NCBI RefSeq assembly: GCF_006345805.1 | Contig: NW_021833887.1 | Coordinates: forward strand, 1-53,046 | Source of the DNA: Octopus sinensis | Taxonomy: Eukaryota | DNA length: 53,046 nt | Reading direction: 5' to 3' | Shown: positions 36,358 to 49,380 of the stretch, in pieces | How positions within the stretch are numbered: the stretch's first letter is position 1 | How the letters are laid out: every line of letters starts with the position of its first letter | Notes under the pieces: model-generated | Database searches by the model: none | The model's input: the letters and a program-made list of their open reading frames with translations, nothing else | What the model was told of the DNA's origin: nothing | Translations under genes and position numbers: made by a program

Positions 36358-38056
36358 TGTTGTTGTTGTTGTTGTTGTTATTGTTATTATTATTATTATT
36401 ATTATATTATTATTATTATTATTATTATGAACGGAGCTTCAACGTGGTTACCAACTTTCTATAAACAGCGGCAAAATTTGTTTTAAACTTTATTGTGCTG
36501 TTTTAAAATGGTAGCTTTAATATATTGATCAATGTAGCATTCGGTGCATGAGTCCTGAAAACAGAGTATCCATAGCTGGGATGGTCTTGACCATAGATTT
36601 CATCCATCAAGGCCGATCAGAGATTAAAGAACAGCTACTTTCATAACATAATACTTTTTTTTTTATTACTATTAATATCAATGTTTTCTTTATTTTACCA
36701 TCAGGGCACGGAACAAGGAATATTGCCAAGACGAAACAAATGTAAGGGTGGGAAGTGTGGCACTAAACCAGATAATGGCATGGTGTATCTTGTATATCTT
36801 GTGCTTTGAATCTATGCATCACATCTCAACCTTTAACCGTTTTATTTCCTACGTACTAAACTGGTTGCTCTACCAAGGGACAGCCTTCCGCAACAACAAC
36901 ACAGCAAACGCTGCAAATCCCAAAATTTTAATGAATTCTTCATTAAATTTGAATCAGTTAAGAGCTTCTGAAAGACATTATCGACTGATAGGGAGGAAAG
37001 AGTTGTATATATTGAGGAAAACCCTAGACCGCATTGGTTCGGATAAATGAAATTATGAAGGATAAGTCTACAGCATCGGTTTTATAAGAATGGCAACAAT
37101 AACAGTCAGGACAAATGCAAGAAAAGCAAACAAGATTAGAAACAAAAACAACAGCAGCAACATCAGGGGTGCCGACTGCATCGCTAACTTCAACCATATT
37201 AATTGCAGAAGAAATTAAAATAACAAAACTTATGGGAAAGAAAAGAACAGAATAGACGATTATACCACTTGCACCAACATCACCACTACTACCAACACCA
37301 AGACCACTATCACTGACCACCCCAACACCACCACCATCACCACCTCTACCAACATTACTACCATCGCTACTACCATCAACGCTACCTTAAAACTAGAAGG
37401 ACATACATTGGAAAATAAAGTGGCGCACTAAAAGACGGGATGGTGTGTCGTAATCTTGGGAGAGTCCTATGTTATGTCATGATTGGAGGCTCCTTGCTAA
37501 AAGTGTACGGGGTTGTAAGCTGTGACTTGTCTATTTTATGTCTAAATCAGGTACTGACAGGTTGGTCACGCCTAGAACGCCTTTGGCCATAAGTCTTCTC
37601 GATCTGGATTGATTAAAGCTAAGCAACAACAATACAACATCAAGAATAAAATGCTGGACAACAAAAGCCCCAGCTTCAGAGAGTTTGTGCTTGTCGGTTG
37701 GTGGGATTCCTGGAATATGTTGTGTGACATTGACGGGGTTAGTGGCTTTGATGAATGCTTGGTGAAACTGCATGACATGTGCAAATGCACTTGGATTAGC
37801 GGAAGAGGCGATGGTCGCGGAAGTGGAAGCAACAGCGGAAGTCACAGTGACAACAGGGTCAGCAGTAGCACCATTTGCAGCAGAAGTGGCTGAGACAACA
37901 GCAACAAGATAACCAACACCAGTGGAGAGCCTAAAGTCATAAATAGCAGTAATGACGTTAATTAGATGTAATTAAGTTGAGTAAACATAATGAAAACAGT
38001 TTAATTATATCCTGCCGAGTAACAATGAAATGTAAAAAAAAAAAAGAAAGCAACGT

Positions 38057-38065
38057 AAATATATA

Positions 38066-38123
<58 letters not shown>
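38057..38123. repeat. (GA)n microsatellite
   Basis: Direct reading. Confidence 0.95.
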
Positions 38124-38125
<2 letters not shown>

Positions 38126-38680
38126 ATGGTCGCGTTGTCGAAAATGGAAACTGGCAGAGAATAAAACAATTACATAGTTTAGCTTGTAAAAGCAAAAGCG
38201 TGAAATTGGAAAATGTCTCGACGGCATTTGGAGGGATGTCTGTGACTGGGTAAATTAACAAACACCTGAAGACATGACGCTGCTTCCCAAGGTGAAGAGT
38301 GAATCGGTTCTTGTACACAACAGGAAGATTAACCAAAAATAACTACCTGATTAAGTGAAACATATACAGAAATTAGTAGAGAGTTTAAAAGAAACTTGTA
38401 GAAAAGTTAAAACAGATTATATGATGGCTGCAGAAATGGTTCTTCACTACAAAGAAGCATCAACATTGTGTCTTCTGATTTATGCTCCAAGACATTGATA
38501 TATGAAAGTTATTTGGTTACACACGTCTAAAAGGTGCATCGTAGCCACGAAGCTATCATACAGCTGTGATGGAGAGGTGAGCTAACATGGTATCCAACAC
38601 GGGAATATATATGTTGTTCTACCGTGGAAAGTTTACCGATATTTTTAAGATATGAATAGATTTGAGTGTGTACTCTTGGA

Positions 38681-38846
38681 CAGTGGCGTAGCAAGAGGGT
38701 ATGCCGCCCGGGGCAGCCCTTGAGTTCACCGTATCATCCCCCGAATCCCAGTTTGTACAAGCTTATACATCAGACCCAAAGGTGCCGACCAATTTAAAAG
38801 CGTCGATCGGGTAGACCATTTCCCCACATCTCTAGCGACGCTACTG
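38681..38846. mobile_element. hAT-like MITE
   Basis: TIR CAGTGGCGTAGCAAGAG vs CTCTAGCGACGCTACTG match 14/17; 8-bp flanks CTCTTGGA / CACTTTGA match 6/8. Confidence 0.65.
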
Positions 38847-39371
38847 CACTTTGAGACCTCCCTTGGTGGTTTGCCAAGATTCTTTGAGACAGAAAAAAAG
38901 GAAAAAAGAAAAAGAAAGAAAGAAACGACTCACTTCGATGTGTTTGATATAGAAATGTTGGGTAATTGTTGCTGTTTAATTCCATGCCACCCCCGAGCAT
39001 CTGCTCGGTAAACAAAGTAAAAGGTTACCTACCAGAATCGTTCACGACTTCATCCTTAAACTGTTGAAGCTGCCTCGACAAACACATCTTTATGTTTTGA
39101 TTACTGAGCGCTCAATCACAGAACTGGTGTATCGATTATCATCCAGTTCTAACTGGGTCACATAATGTCAGTGCCTGGAGAGGCGGAGAAGCGGAAGAAA
39201 TCCCTGTCGTAGCAATTTCACCTGAGAAATTGAAGGGATTCACATCGAGATACAAGAATATGTAAGTGGAACAAGTTTAACGAAAACGGATTATGACCAT
39301 GCAGCTTGTCACAGGATGGTGCCAATGTGTGTGCGTGTGTATATGCACTTGTATATACATACATACATACA

Positions 39372-39431
<60 letters not shown>

Positions 39432-39677
39432 CACATACATACATATATGTTTGTGTATGTGTGTGTGTATACATACACTAAATTCTTGATAGTGTATATG
39501 GCTTTAAGTATATACATTAGAACAAATCTCGGATTAAGCGAAACAAATGCATCTATATTTTTACGAGCAGTCGAGCAAATACACTTTCCAAAGACAACCC
39601 TGTGCGAATGTATATGTGTGGGTATATATAAACACACATACATACACATAAGTATGCATTAATGCACACACACACAC

Positions 39678-39745
<68 letters not shown>

Positions 39746-40374
39746 CATATATGTGTGTGTAAATAGAAATGATTTTGGTAGTTATGTGATATGCTTGATG
39801 TTATGCGCAAGCGCGCATGCAGAGGCCAACTGAAAGGATGCATATTGAGTGTGTCTGGAAGTCGTGTGGAAGAACAAGATAACCAGATTCTAGTTTTGCA
39901 ATTCGGCATTTCTGAAACATCAGTAAGCATGTTTTTTTTTTATTTTAAAGCAGAAGTTATTTATTATTTTTACCAAAGAGCTGCAATTTATTCAAAAGAG
40001 GTACTTTATTCTTGTATGTCATTGGCTACAAGTTCCTTGTTATATTTTTCTGGAAGGTCTCCAAATTTCACAGAAATGAGACAGTACCCCAATATTTTTT
40101 TACCTATTTACATATATGTAGGCACACTTAGGGTGTTAACAGTCTCGCTACGTCTCTGCCTCCTATTTTTCCCCTCTAGCAACAGGACAAAAATGTCTGA
40201 TTTCTCGGTTTATGGAGCATGCACTCTACAAGCGGAAGCACACATCCACCCAATGAGCACATATTCATACACGTGCAAATTACGTAGACATACCTAGAAG
40301 CATCGCACGATTCATCTTTTCTCTCATTACGACATTTCTGCTGCGTCTCACAGCCAAAGTCCAGCAGCAAACCA

Positions 40375-40680
40375 TGTGTGGCTTAGTGGTTAGGGTGTTC
40401 AGCTCACGATCATAAGGTCCTGAGTTCGATACGAGGCGGCGTTTTGTATCCTTTATTTCACGTTGCTCCTGTCCACTCAGGTGGCAAAAGTGAGTTTTAC
40501 CAGTAATTCAAAGGGGACAGCCTTGTCACATTCTGTCTTATGCTGAGTCTCCATGAGAAGTACGTTAAGGGCACGAGTGTCTGTGGAATGCTCAACCATT
40601 TGCATGTTAATTTCACAAGCTGGTTGTTCGGTTGATCGGATCAACTGGAACACACATCGTCGTAACCGACGGAGTGCCAG
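40375..40680 (+). mobile_element. tRNA-derived SINE (Meta-domain-like)
   Basis: GTGGCTTAGTGGTTAGG..GAGTTCGAT..TTTCACGTTGCTCC..CCACTCAG; same family as 52475. Confidence 0.85.
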
Positions 40681-41272
40681 TTAGACGCAATGACCGTTAC
40701 CATGGAAACTAACAGATGTGTTGCATAAAGGATTAATCTGTCAACTATTTTCAGCAGAGTCTTGGAGTTCTTGAAAATATTATGGCCACTACTGTTCCAA
40801 GCCATTCGAATTTCTTTCCCATTCAGTTCCGATCACTTCTAATTTTTTTCATTAAATCTTCTCAACACCCTTTTAACACCTCCCCACCCATCTTCTGCTC
40901 CCACGATCAAATCTCACCCTTCTTCCTCTTCTACCTTTCCTCTCTTTTCTTCCTTTCCTTTTCTTTTTCGTTTTTCTTTTTCTTTTCTTTTTCCACTCTT
41001 TTCCCCGTAAAATCTCATCTCCTCTCTACTATTTCTTCATAAGACAGGAATTCTATGTGCATGCATGTGTGTGCGTGTAACTTCTTTCATTCTTCAGTTG
41101 CAACTTGACGGAATACCCTGTGCACCTCTGGGTGAAACTCAGAGCAGCAAGAAACTGTTTCAATCAGAAATAAAAAAAATATTACTAATCTCTACCATGG
41201 CATCGAGTAATCTTTCTTCAGTCAGTCAACACCCAGAATTAAACAAATACGCGCACACACACACACACACAC

Positions 41273-41706
41273 ACATTAGAACCACACACATACACACATA
41301 TATATATATACATTAGCACCGCCCACACAAACATACATTAGCACCTTACATACACACCCACACATATGTATTAGCACCACTCACAAAACACACATACATT
41401 AGCACCACACATACATATACATTAGCACCACACGCACACATATACATTAGCACTATACACACATAAACAATAACACCACACACACATGTGTATTAGTACC
41501 ACGCATACACACATACATTAACACCACACACACATATATGTATTAGCACCGCATACACAAACACACATACATTAGCACCACACACACACACATATACATT
41601 AGCACTACACACATACATTAGCACCACAGACATATACATTAAAACTACACACACACACACATATACATTAGCACCACACACACACATATATATATACACA
41701 TTAGCA

Positions 41707-41720
<14 letters not shown>
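41273..41720. repeat. Compound minisatellite: ~17 CATTAGCACC cores with variable CA/TA linkers
   Basis: Direct reading; period ~19-38 bp. Confidence 0.9.
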
Positions 41721-41747
<27 letters not shown>

Positions 41748-42479
41748 TTACTCGATATAGAAATCGTTCCATAAGTGATGTACTCGTATTAATAACAATT
41801 TCGTACGTTAATTAAAATCAGATAATAAAGCAGAAAACCGTTGATTATGTCGATTCCTTTAACTTTATTGGTGATATATTGTTATCGACCCGGTCTCTGG
41901 AAGAAAACAAAAACAAAAAGTTGACTTGGGTGGAGCTTGGTCTCGAAGCAAGAGTAATTAAAACAACATAGTTGTCGATTTTTGGTTTAAGGCTCCCACG
42001 GTTCTATGATTCTACCAACTGACCGCGTCATCCAAATGGCAACAGGCATTAATAGCTTTCAGCGTTTCTAACTATGCCGTGAATGTCACATTAACTCAAC
42101 CTATTTTTTGAAACATGCACAACGAGAATAAAACGCGTAAAGTCGTTGATAATTGAAGCCTTTCACAATCTCATGAGCAACAACAGCACATCAAACAATA
42201 GTAAGCATGTAACGAAAATGATTCGATAAAACGTTTTACTCCTCTTTAGTCACTCGACTGTTCTCATTGTCATGTCATCTTCGAAAGATTTCAGTGAAAA
42301 CCAGAGCAGTAGAATTTCGTATTAGCATGAAACCATTCAAGTGTTGTTCCACAAAGTTGACTTACTTAAGATCACAGCTCGACGTACTTTTCTATTAAAT
42401 AGCTAATCACTTTGTTACGTGACCTACAACACTACAAAAGGCCACTACCGTTTTACTAACATGTTGACCTAGACATACT

Positions 42480-42482
42480 GAA

Positions 42483-42519
<37 letters not shown>

Positions 42520-42646
42520 TAATAATAATAATAATAATAATGATGATGATGATGATGATGATGAGGAGGAGGAGGAGGAGGAGGAGGAGGTGGTGGTGGA
42601 GTAGGAGGAGGAGGACGATGACGACGACGACGATGACAATAATAAT

Positions 42647-42685
<39 letters not shown>

Positions 42686-42720
42686 TATTAATTATTATAT
42701 TATTATTATTATTATTATTG
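42480..42720. repeat. (TAA)/(TGA)/(GGA) compound microsatellite
   Basis: Direct reading. Confidence 0.9.
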
Positions 42721-42939
42721 TGACATTTTGTTTTTGGGACATGCTTCGAAAATTCATCAGTCATCTGTCTGAAGATTACATGGAACATGGATGGGAATAA
42801 AATAGAATCCTTGTGACTATATGCGAGCATGTGCGAGTGCGCGCGAACAAGCACAAACATTCGCGTATGCGTGTGGATATGCTTGAGTATACACACACAC
42901 AAACACACACACACACACATATATATATATAGAGAGAGA

Positions 42940-44176
42940 GTGTGTGCGGACGGTATTTGAGGACAGATTTAAGGTTTAAAAAAACGCTTATATAATAACA
43001 GAAAGAAACTGTATTTTAATATAAATAACATAAACGTAAAATATATAATCATTTATATAATTTCATTCAATAAAATCCCCATAAGCATGTATAACTGCCA
43101 CTAGGTGGGGTTGAAATCGTTTATAATCTCGGAGTAAGTGGTCTTTGTTCCTATCAGACATGACTCGAGCTATGACGGCTTTCAAAAATCTTTGGTGCTA
43201 TGGGGAATGTTTATTGATATTTTTCTCAACGATGCCCCATACATAGTAGTCAAGTGGATTGAAATCTGGAGAAATTAGAGGAACAAATGTTGGGGGTGGT
43301 GTGATCATGCAAATTGTCTGCCATCCATTCTTGTGGCATTTGAGTCTTGTGTGATAGTGCAGAATCTTGTTGACACAAGGCCTTCCATTGCATATATTGT
43401 TGATCCAAGCCTTAACAACTTTATTCAGAACCTCAATATACGCAGTAGTATTCATCTTAAGGACGTGTGCATAAAAGTGAGGAGGCATCAATTGTCCTTC
43501 ATTACTAAAAACGCCCAAAATCATGATACTTGCAATAAATTTTGTGTGAATTATTCTTGGACCCTCAGAAGGGTCTGCACATAACCATCTGTCATTTCTT
43601 CTGTTAGTTTTCTGGTTTTGGTCAAAGTTTTTCTCATCTGAGAAAAACCAAACCACACCATCTTCTGATGGTTTTTTAAGTTTGTTCAAAAGTCTTTTGG
43701 ATCTGATTAAATGGTTTTCGTTTGATTTTCTTTCTTTCTCTTCTGGCATGAATTGATCTGATCTCTCCTCATCACGTAGGATTTGTATCTGATGTCTTCA
43801 CGCACAACGTTTCTGACTGTTTTTTCCTGGGTTGTATTCACTATTTTGCTTTACTTTCTGAATAAATTCAGGTGTCCTGAAGAAATAAGATCGTTTGGAA
43901 TGTTTTTTTTTTTACATTTTGATAAAGGTAACACGCTTTCATCTTCTTTCTCTAACTCACACCGTATCTTAAAAATCAAAGATCTTGCAATTTTCAGAAA
44001 ACGAGAGATTTCTAAATCACTATGCTTACCCTTCAAAGCCACAATTACAGCATGCCTTTCAATTTCATTAGCAAGCATAGGACCGCTCATTGTAATTTTC
44101 TGATGGAGAAGTTCAATAAAGATTAGTCAAATAATGACTAAAAGTGCATGCGTCCTCAAATACTGTCCGCACCCAG
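42940..44176 (-). mobile_element. maT/DD37D-like Tc1-mariner element, pseudogene
   Basis: TIR GTGCGGAC[AG]GTATTTGAGGAC at both ends; FFSDEKNF, NDRWL, SPDFNPLDYYVWG. Confidence 0.85.
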
Positions 44177-44354
44177 TATTTATATGTGTGTGTGTGGTAA
44201 AAAAATAAAAGACAAGCAAAATTATAATAATACCCGAGTCATATACTGTAATATTCATAAAGGTGGCAAGAAAGAAATGTAGAGAAATATATTTCTTAAA
44301 TAAATCTAAAAATAATAATAATAATAATAATAATATATAATAATAATAATAATA

Positions 44355-44388
<34 letters not shown>

Positions 44389-44401
44389 GATGATGATAAT
44401 G

Positions 44402-44449
<48 letters not shown>

Positions 44450-44496
44450 TAATAATAACAATAAATAATATAATAATAAAATAATAATAATAATAA

Positions 44497-44580
44497 CACG
44501 AACTTCTAACTTGTTGTCTCTCGAGGTCTCTGGGTGAGACTTGGAGCCAGCTTGTGCAAATTTAAAGCAAAAGTCAAACA
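44497..44580 (+). mobile_element. Solo 3' tail of the R4/Dong family seen at 29385
   Basis: Matches 29988-30072; embedded in (TAA)n. Confidence 0.85.
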
Positions 44581-44667
44581 TATAATAATAATAATAATAA
44601 TAAATAATAATAATAATAATAATAATATAATAATAATAATAATATAATGATGATAATAATAATAATC

Positions 44668-44712
<45 letters not shown>

Positions 44713-45306
44713 TAATAATAATAATATAATAACGACAACCAAGAAACAAACCACCATCATACAATTTGCCGATCAACAATTGGAAATCCGAATCCGAAAA
44801 GCTAAAACCATTCATCCTGATCTCAGTGAGTTTGTTGGGTGAATTCCAATTTATTTTCCTTGCTAGAAAATTATGTAAAATCTTTAGTGTTTTGTACCGT
44901 AACCAGTAGAAAATAAAATATATGAAATATCTGGCAGAGACTATATATCACCATCTCAGTGTAGTGAAATGGAGACCTGTGGGAAAAAATAATAGAAGCC
45001 TTCTTGGAATATGATATTTCTTTAAGCGTTTCTCTCTTTTCCCTGCAGAAAATGTGCACTTCTTTGCCTCCTTCGCACCGACTCGTTACTTTCATTGATG
45101 TATCTGTGTATACACTCATACACACACACATATGTATATAGACGCACATGTACACCTACCACACACAAAATAATCCATTTATAAATATATATGTATATGT
45201 ATATATATATTTATATATATATATACATATATATATATACATATATATATATATACATATATATATAAAAAAAAATATAATATATATAATAAATCCATTT
45301 ATAAAT

Positions 45307-45343
<37 letters not shown>

Positions 45344-46373
45344 GAGAGAGAGAGAGTGTGAGAGAGATGGAATGAGAGAGTGGGAGAGAGAGATTGACAG
45401 AGAGAGAGTGGGAAAGAGAGGGAGAGCTATGCATATCTGATAAATATGACCTCAATGAACTCGTATTGTCAAGTCGAAATGTATGTATATACATATATAG
45501 ATAAGCCTGCTTACATTTATATATATATTTATGCATATATTTTTTATTTTTGTGCGTTTTGTGTTTGTGTGTGTTTGTATGTGTGGAGTGTTTGTATGTG
45601 TGTATAAACTGAAACACGCATTTATTTCATTAAATAATATATCCTGAGTACCAAAGCGGGTTTCGAATTGGGCGCAGGACAGTCGACATGCATTTTTCCT
45701 TACGACCGGTTCAGGGGATGACTCGACATTATGATAAGATACTTTACATAGTATTTGTTGCTTTATAAAGCTAGAAAACCCATCTAATACTCTGTCCAGA
45801 GAGGCGTTCTTGGAAGTTATATGAAATGTGCGTATTCCAAATAGGATGAACAAAATCAGCATCCTTTTCCTTTCTTTCTTTTTTCTTTCTTTCATTCATT
45901 CTGTCTTTCTATCTTTGTTTTCATGCTGGCTTGAGTGCAACTATAATTGTAAATAATTAACGTTTTGATCCTCTTCATGCTTGAAAAACGCTTAAACAAG
46001 ATTATCTTCTCTCTGCTGCTGAAGTATACTCTTTAGACGATTGTGATGTGAGTATAAATGTCCGATTTCGCTCTAACTCAGACGTGTTCAATGAACAAAG
46101 GTTCAATACATAAATAATAACTCGGCTTCAATGAACACATGAGTTACATTTTGTGGATCACTGTGCGGATCAAATGCAGTATAATTATTGTGCTTCCTTA
46201 TATAAATCGGTGACCCTAATCTTGACCCTCAATCTATTTTGCTAACTAAACTCTACACTACCATCTCGGGTATATGCAGGCATTTGTTTTCTTTTGTAAC
46301 TTCTGTTGTATTAAAACATATTCTTCATAAAATGGGTATAAGTAAGTATCTCATTTATTTCTTTATCACATTC

Positions 46374-46424
46374 ATCACTGACGAAGGGAGGGTTCTTACG
46401 AACTAACCCTGGAATCTGTCCGAT
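46374..46424 (+). ncRNA. Degenerate hammerhead motif
   Basis: AUCA-CUGACGA-AGGG-AGGGUU..AACCCU-GGAA-UCUG-UC-CGAU; GAAA changed to GGAA. Confidence 0.4.
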
Positions 46425-46616
46425 ATGGTAATAATGGAATTTTTTAGAAATTTCTTTCGACCTCTTTTCGAGTAGCGTGCGTATTGTGAAAAATTATATG
46501 GTTATGGACAATAGTTCCAATTTCGGCATATTTGGCATTAGAAATTTTTTCGTTTGCCCTTATTTATAAGTTGTTTGTATATATATATGTATATAATTTA
46601 TATAAGTATATATGTT

Positions 46617-46744
46617 TAGCGGTTCGGGAAAAGAGAGCGATAGAATAAGTATTAGGTTTTAAAAGAATAAGTCCTGGGGTCGATTTGTTCGACTAAAAAG
46701 CGGTGCTCCAGCATGGCTGCAGTCAAATGACCGAACCAAGTAAA

Positions 46745-46746
<2 letters not shown>
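46617..46746 (+). mobile_element. SINE 3' tail
   Basis: TAGCGGTTCGG..GGGGTCGATTTGTTCGACTAAAAAGCGGTGCTCCAGCATGGC. Confidence 0.85.
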
Positions 46747-46785
<39 letters not shown>

Positions 46786-46786
<1 letters not shown>

Positions 46787-47162
46787 TAGCAGTATCGCCC
46801 GGCGTTGCTCAGGTTAAGGGAAATAACTATAAAGCATTTTTAGAGAGTTATAGCCAAAAAATAGCAAAAAATGGAAAAAAATGATGGTAAATTTTTTTGA
46901 GAGTTAAAAAAGGTGGAGTGCGTCCCCTAGACGGTCTGGTGGTTTGGGTTTCTGATTCTCGACCCCATGTCGAATTTATCGATTTTTTTCAGAACTGGGG
47001 GAACTTTTCAAAATTTCGCTGCGTTAGTTTTGAATTATGACATTGGGCTATGTGTGTGTCAAGTTTCATCAGAATCGGTTGAAAGCCGTGGTCAGAGTGA
47101 GGGTACGAGAAAACAGACACACAGAAAACGCACAGACAAACTGCCGTTTATATATAGAGAGA
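46786..47162 (-). mobile_element. Non-autonomous Helitron
   Basis: Minus strand reads A|TCTCTCTATATATAAAC...CCTGAGCAACGCCGGG hairpin..CTAG|T; no TSD. Confidence 0.75.
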
Positions 47163-48123
47163 TAAATGTACTTATATAGAAGTATTTAACTAGATGTATG
47201 TGTGTATATATATATATGAATGTGTATATATGTATGTATATATAAATGTGTGTGTGTTTATATATGTGTGTGTGTGTATGTATAAGTATGAGTATTGGTG
47301 ATTGTGAGAACCAGAGAGGAATTAAACGTTTAAACCTCCATAAGTATTCATTCGACCGGATTTCTCTGACCTTTCTTGAGATGTCACGGTAATGATGTAC
47401 TTACAGCTCCACACAAATACATTTGTTGGCCAATTGGACCGGATTCCATTTCAAATCTCATAAAAACACAACTATAATCTTTAAAAGCAGGGTTCAAAAG
47501 CGCTTTAATAGACTGTCATTGATACCTAGCGTTCTCACAGGTATTAACTGTCGGCCTGCTTATCGCCAACTTTCCGAAGATAACAAAACATAAAAATAGT
47601 GGTATACAGGCCAGTGAAACTGTTTCTATGCGGTCAATAAACCTGCTAGAAATAACAGGCGATATGGATGAATATATCGTATAGAAATTACCTTAAGTGA
47701 AATAACTGCTAATAGCCAGTATTTGAAGAACATAGAGAGACAAAGGTATATCAAATACCACAAAATCGAAAAGTCTTTATTTTATTCCTCTCAAGGATGT
47801 GTTACAATAATCAAATGGCAATTAGGTAAAGCTCAACTTTATAAGGGCGAATAATCTCAAGAATTAAGGATCCTCCAAAGTTGACATGTCATTGTGGAAA
47901 AATGACATCTTTACCGTCTGCCGTTAAGTGAAAACGTATTTCTGTTTCTATATGCGTGGTCAGCACGAATATAATTCTGCCTTCTCTCTAGTAGACAAGA
48001 GACTTGTACAAATTAAGAGTTGAACACATTTGTGGCCGAAGAAATCTGCATAATTTATTTTAAAATGAGTTAAAAGACATCAGAGTGAAGTCCATTAGCT
48101 ACTGGCGATGAGGTAGGACAATC

Positions 48124-48168
48124 GTCGTGCTGATGATGGCTATTGAGTTAGAAACATGTGAGCACGAC
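48124..48168 (+). ncRNA. Hammerhead motif, probably inactivated
   Basis: GUCGUG-CUGAUGA-UGGCU(AUUG)AGUUA-GAAA-CAUG-UG-AG-CACGAC. Confidence 0.6.
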
Positions 48169-48594
48169 TTATCTTCAAGCAATAACCTTGTCTCCTTCCT
48201 GAACGGCATGAAAACTTGGGAGAAATCATAGAATTTGAAATTATGTTGCTTTCTCAGATGGATCTAGTTTTCATTGTCGTATGGCAATTATCAGGCATCC
48301 TCTTACTTTAAGAAATAAGAATTATGTTATATACCAATTGTTATATCTGTATTCTATGAATATTTTATATTTTTGCATATATGTATGTATATATTAAGTT
48401 TCTCTGTGTGCGTGTCTATATATATATATACATACATACATATATACATACATACATATATATTATTATATATATATATATATATATATATACATACATA
48501 CATTCATACATACATTACATACATACATACATACATACTTACGTTACATACACACACACATATATATATATATATATTAATATATATTATTAAA

Positions 48595-48830
48595 TTAGGA
48601 AATCGATATCAAAAACTCTTCTGAAAGATATACACGTGTGAAAAATAATTGTTGTGAAACGATCGTAAGATGCTTTAAATAATTAATTCAAAACTGTCAT
48701 ATACATTACATATTTATACTTATACATATTTACATATATTTTTATAGATATTTATATTTATTTATTTATATATTTTTAATACAACAATCATTTTTCACAC
48801 GTGTATATTTTTTTGATGTTGATGTCCTGA
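48595..48830. repeat. Fold-back with a degenerate hammerhead in the left arm
   Basis: 48628-48655 vs 48781-48808 match 27/28 inverted; CUGAAAGA..GAAA-CGAUCG-UA-AGA at 48621-48670. Confidence 0.7.
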
Positions 48831-49010
48831 TATTAATAATAATATATTATTAATAAAAACACATAAATAATTTAATAGTATTAATACTTTGATACAGTAG
48901 AGCACTCAATATAAATTCAGTAAATAATATTTTCATTGAATATATTTAACTAAAGATATATATATATATGTGTGTGTGTGAGTGTGTGTGTGTATGTGTG
49001 TGTGTGTGTA

Positions 49011-49042
<32 letters not shown>

Positions 49043-49380
49043 CTCAACAGGTAATTTTTACACGCTAGAAGAAGTAGTCAAAACGACCAGAACCACATTT
49101 AAGAGCAATTTTCGAAGGGAATGAAAAATAAAAACCTTTATCTTGTTATTTTTTACGGTTATACCTAGGTTTCAGATTTCTTTAGCAAATAAAATAATTT
49201 TCTAGGCGAATCCTCATCACTAACCGTACCATAACATTAAAATATAATTTAGAGACAAATAACACGTGTTTCATCATTATAATTTTTCAAAATTCACCGC
49301 GCAAGCGCAGTTTTGGTCGGCAGTAATTGAAAAATGCCGAATCGATCTTCGAAATGCTAAAATCATATTCGGTGAATTTG

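Noticed and set aside
37640-37790. Minus-strand FIKA..HIPGIP similar to the R4 C-terminus
   Set aside because: Too short and degenerate to call
39170-39266. Possible exon (AG..GTAAGT) encoding AWRGGEAEEI..SRYKN
   Set aside because: Weak acceptor and no partner exons; may be an RTE endonuclease remnant
39791-40297. 168-aa non-repetitive ORF
   Set aside because: No recognisable domain and crosses poly-T; cannot be supported as a gene
41273-41720. CRISPR-like repeat-spacer appearance
   Set aside because: 10-bp core, low-complexity related spacers, eukaryotic context and no cas genes
42735-42765. Minus-strand CUGAUGA..GAAGCAUGUC
   Set aside because: No stem I or stem II, and GAAG rather than GAAA
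46720-46745. SINE and LINE tail hairpin followed by GAA(A)C resembling a hammerhead half (also 18020, 18190, 52390)
   Set aside because: No CUGANGA-like core or stem I; better explained as a LINE recognition stem-loop
47060-47078. CTGATGA on the minus strand of the Helitron
   Set aside because: No stem II or separate GAAA
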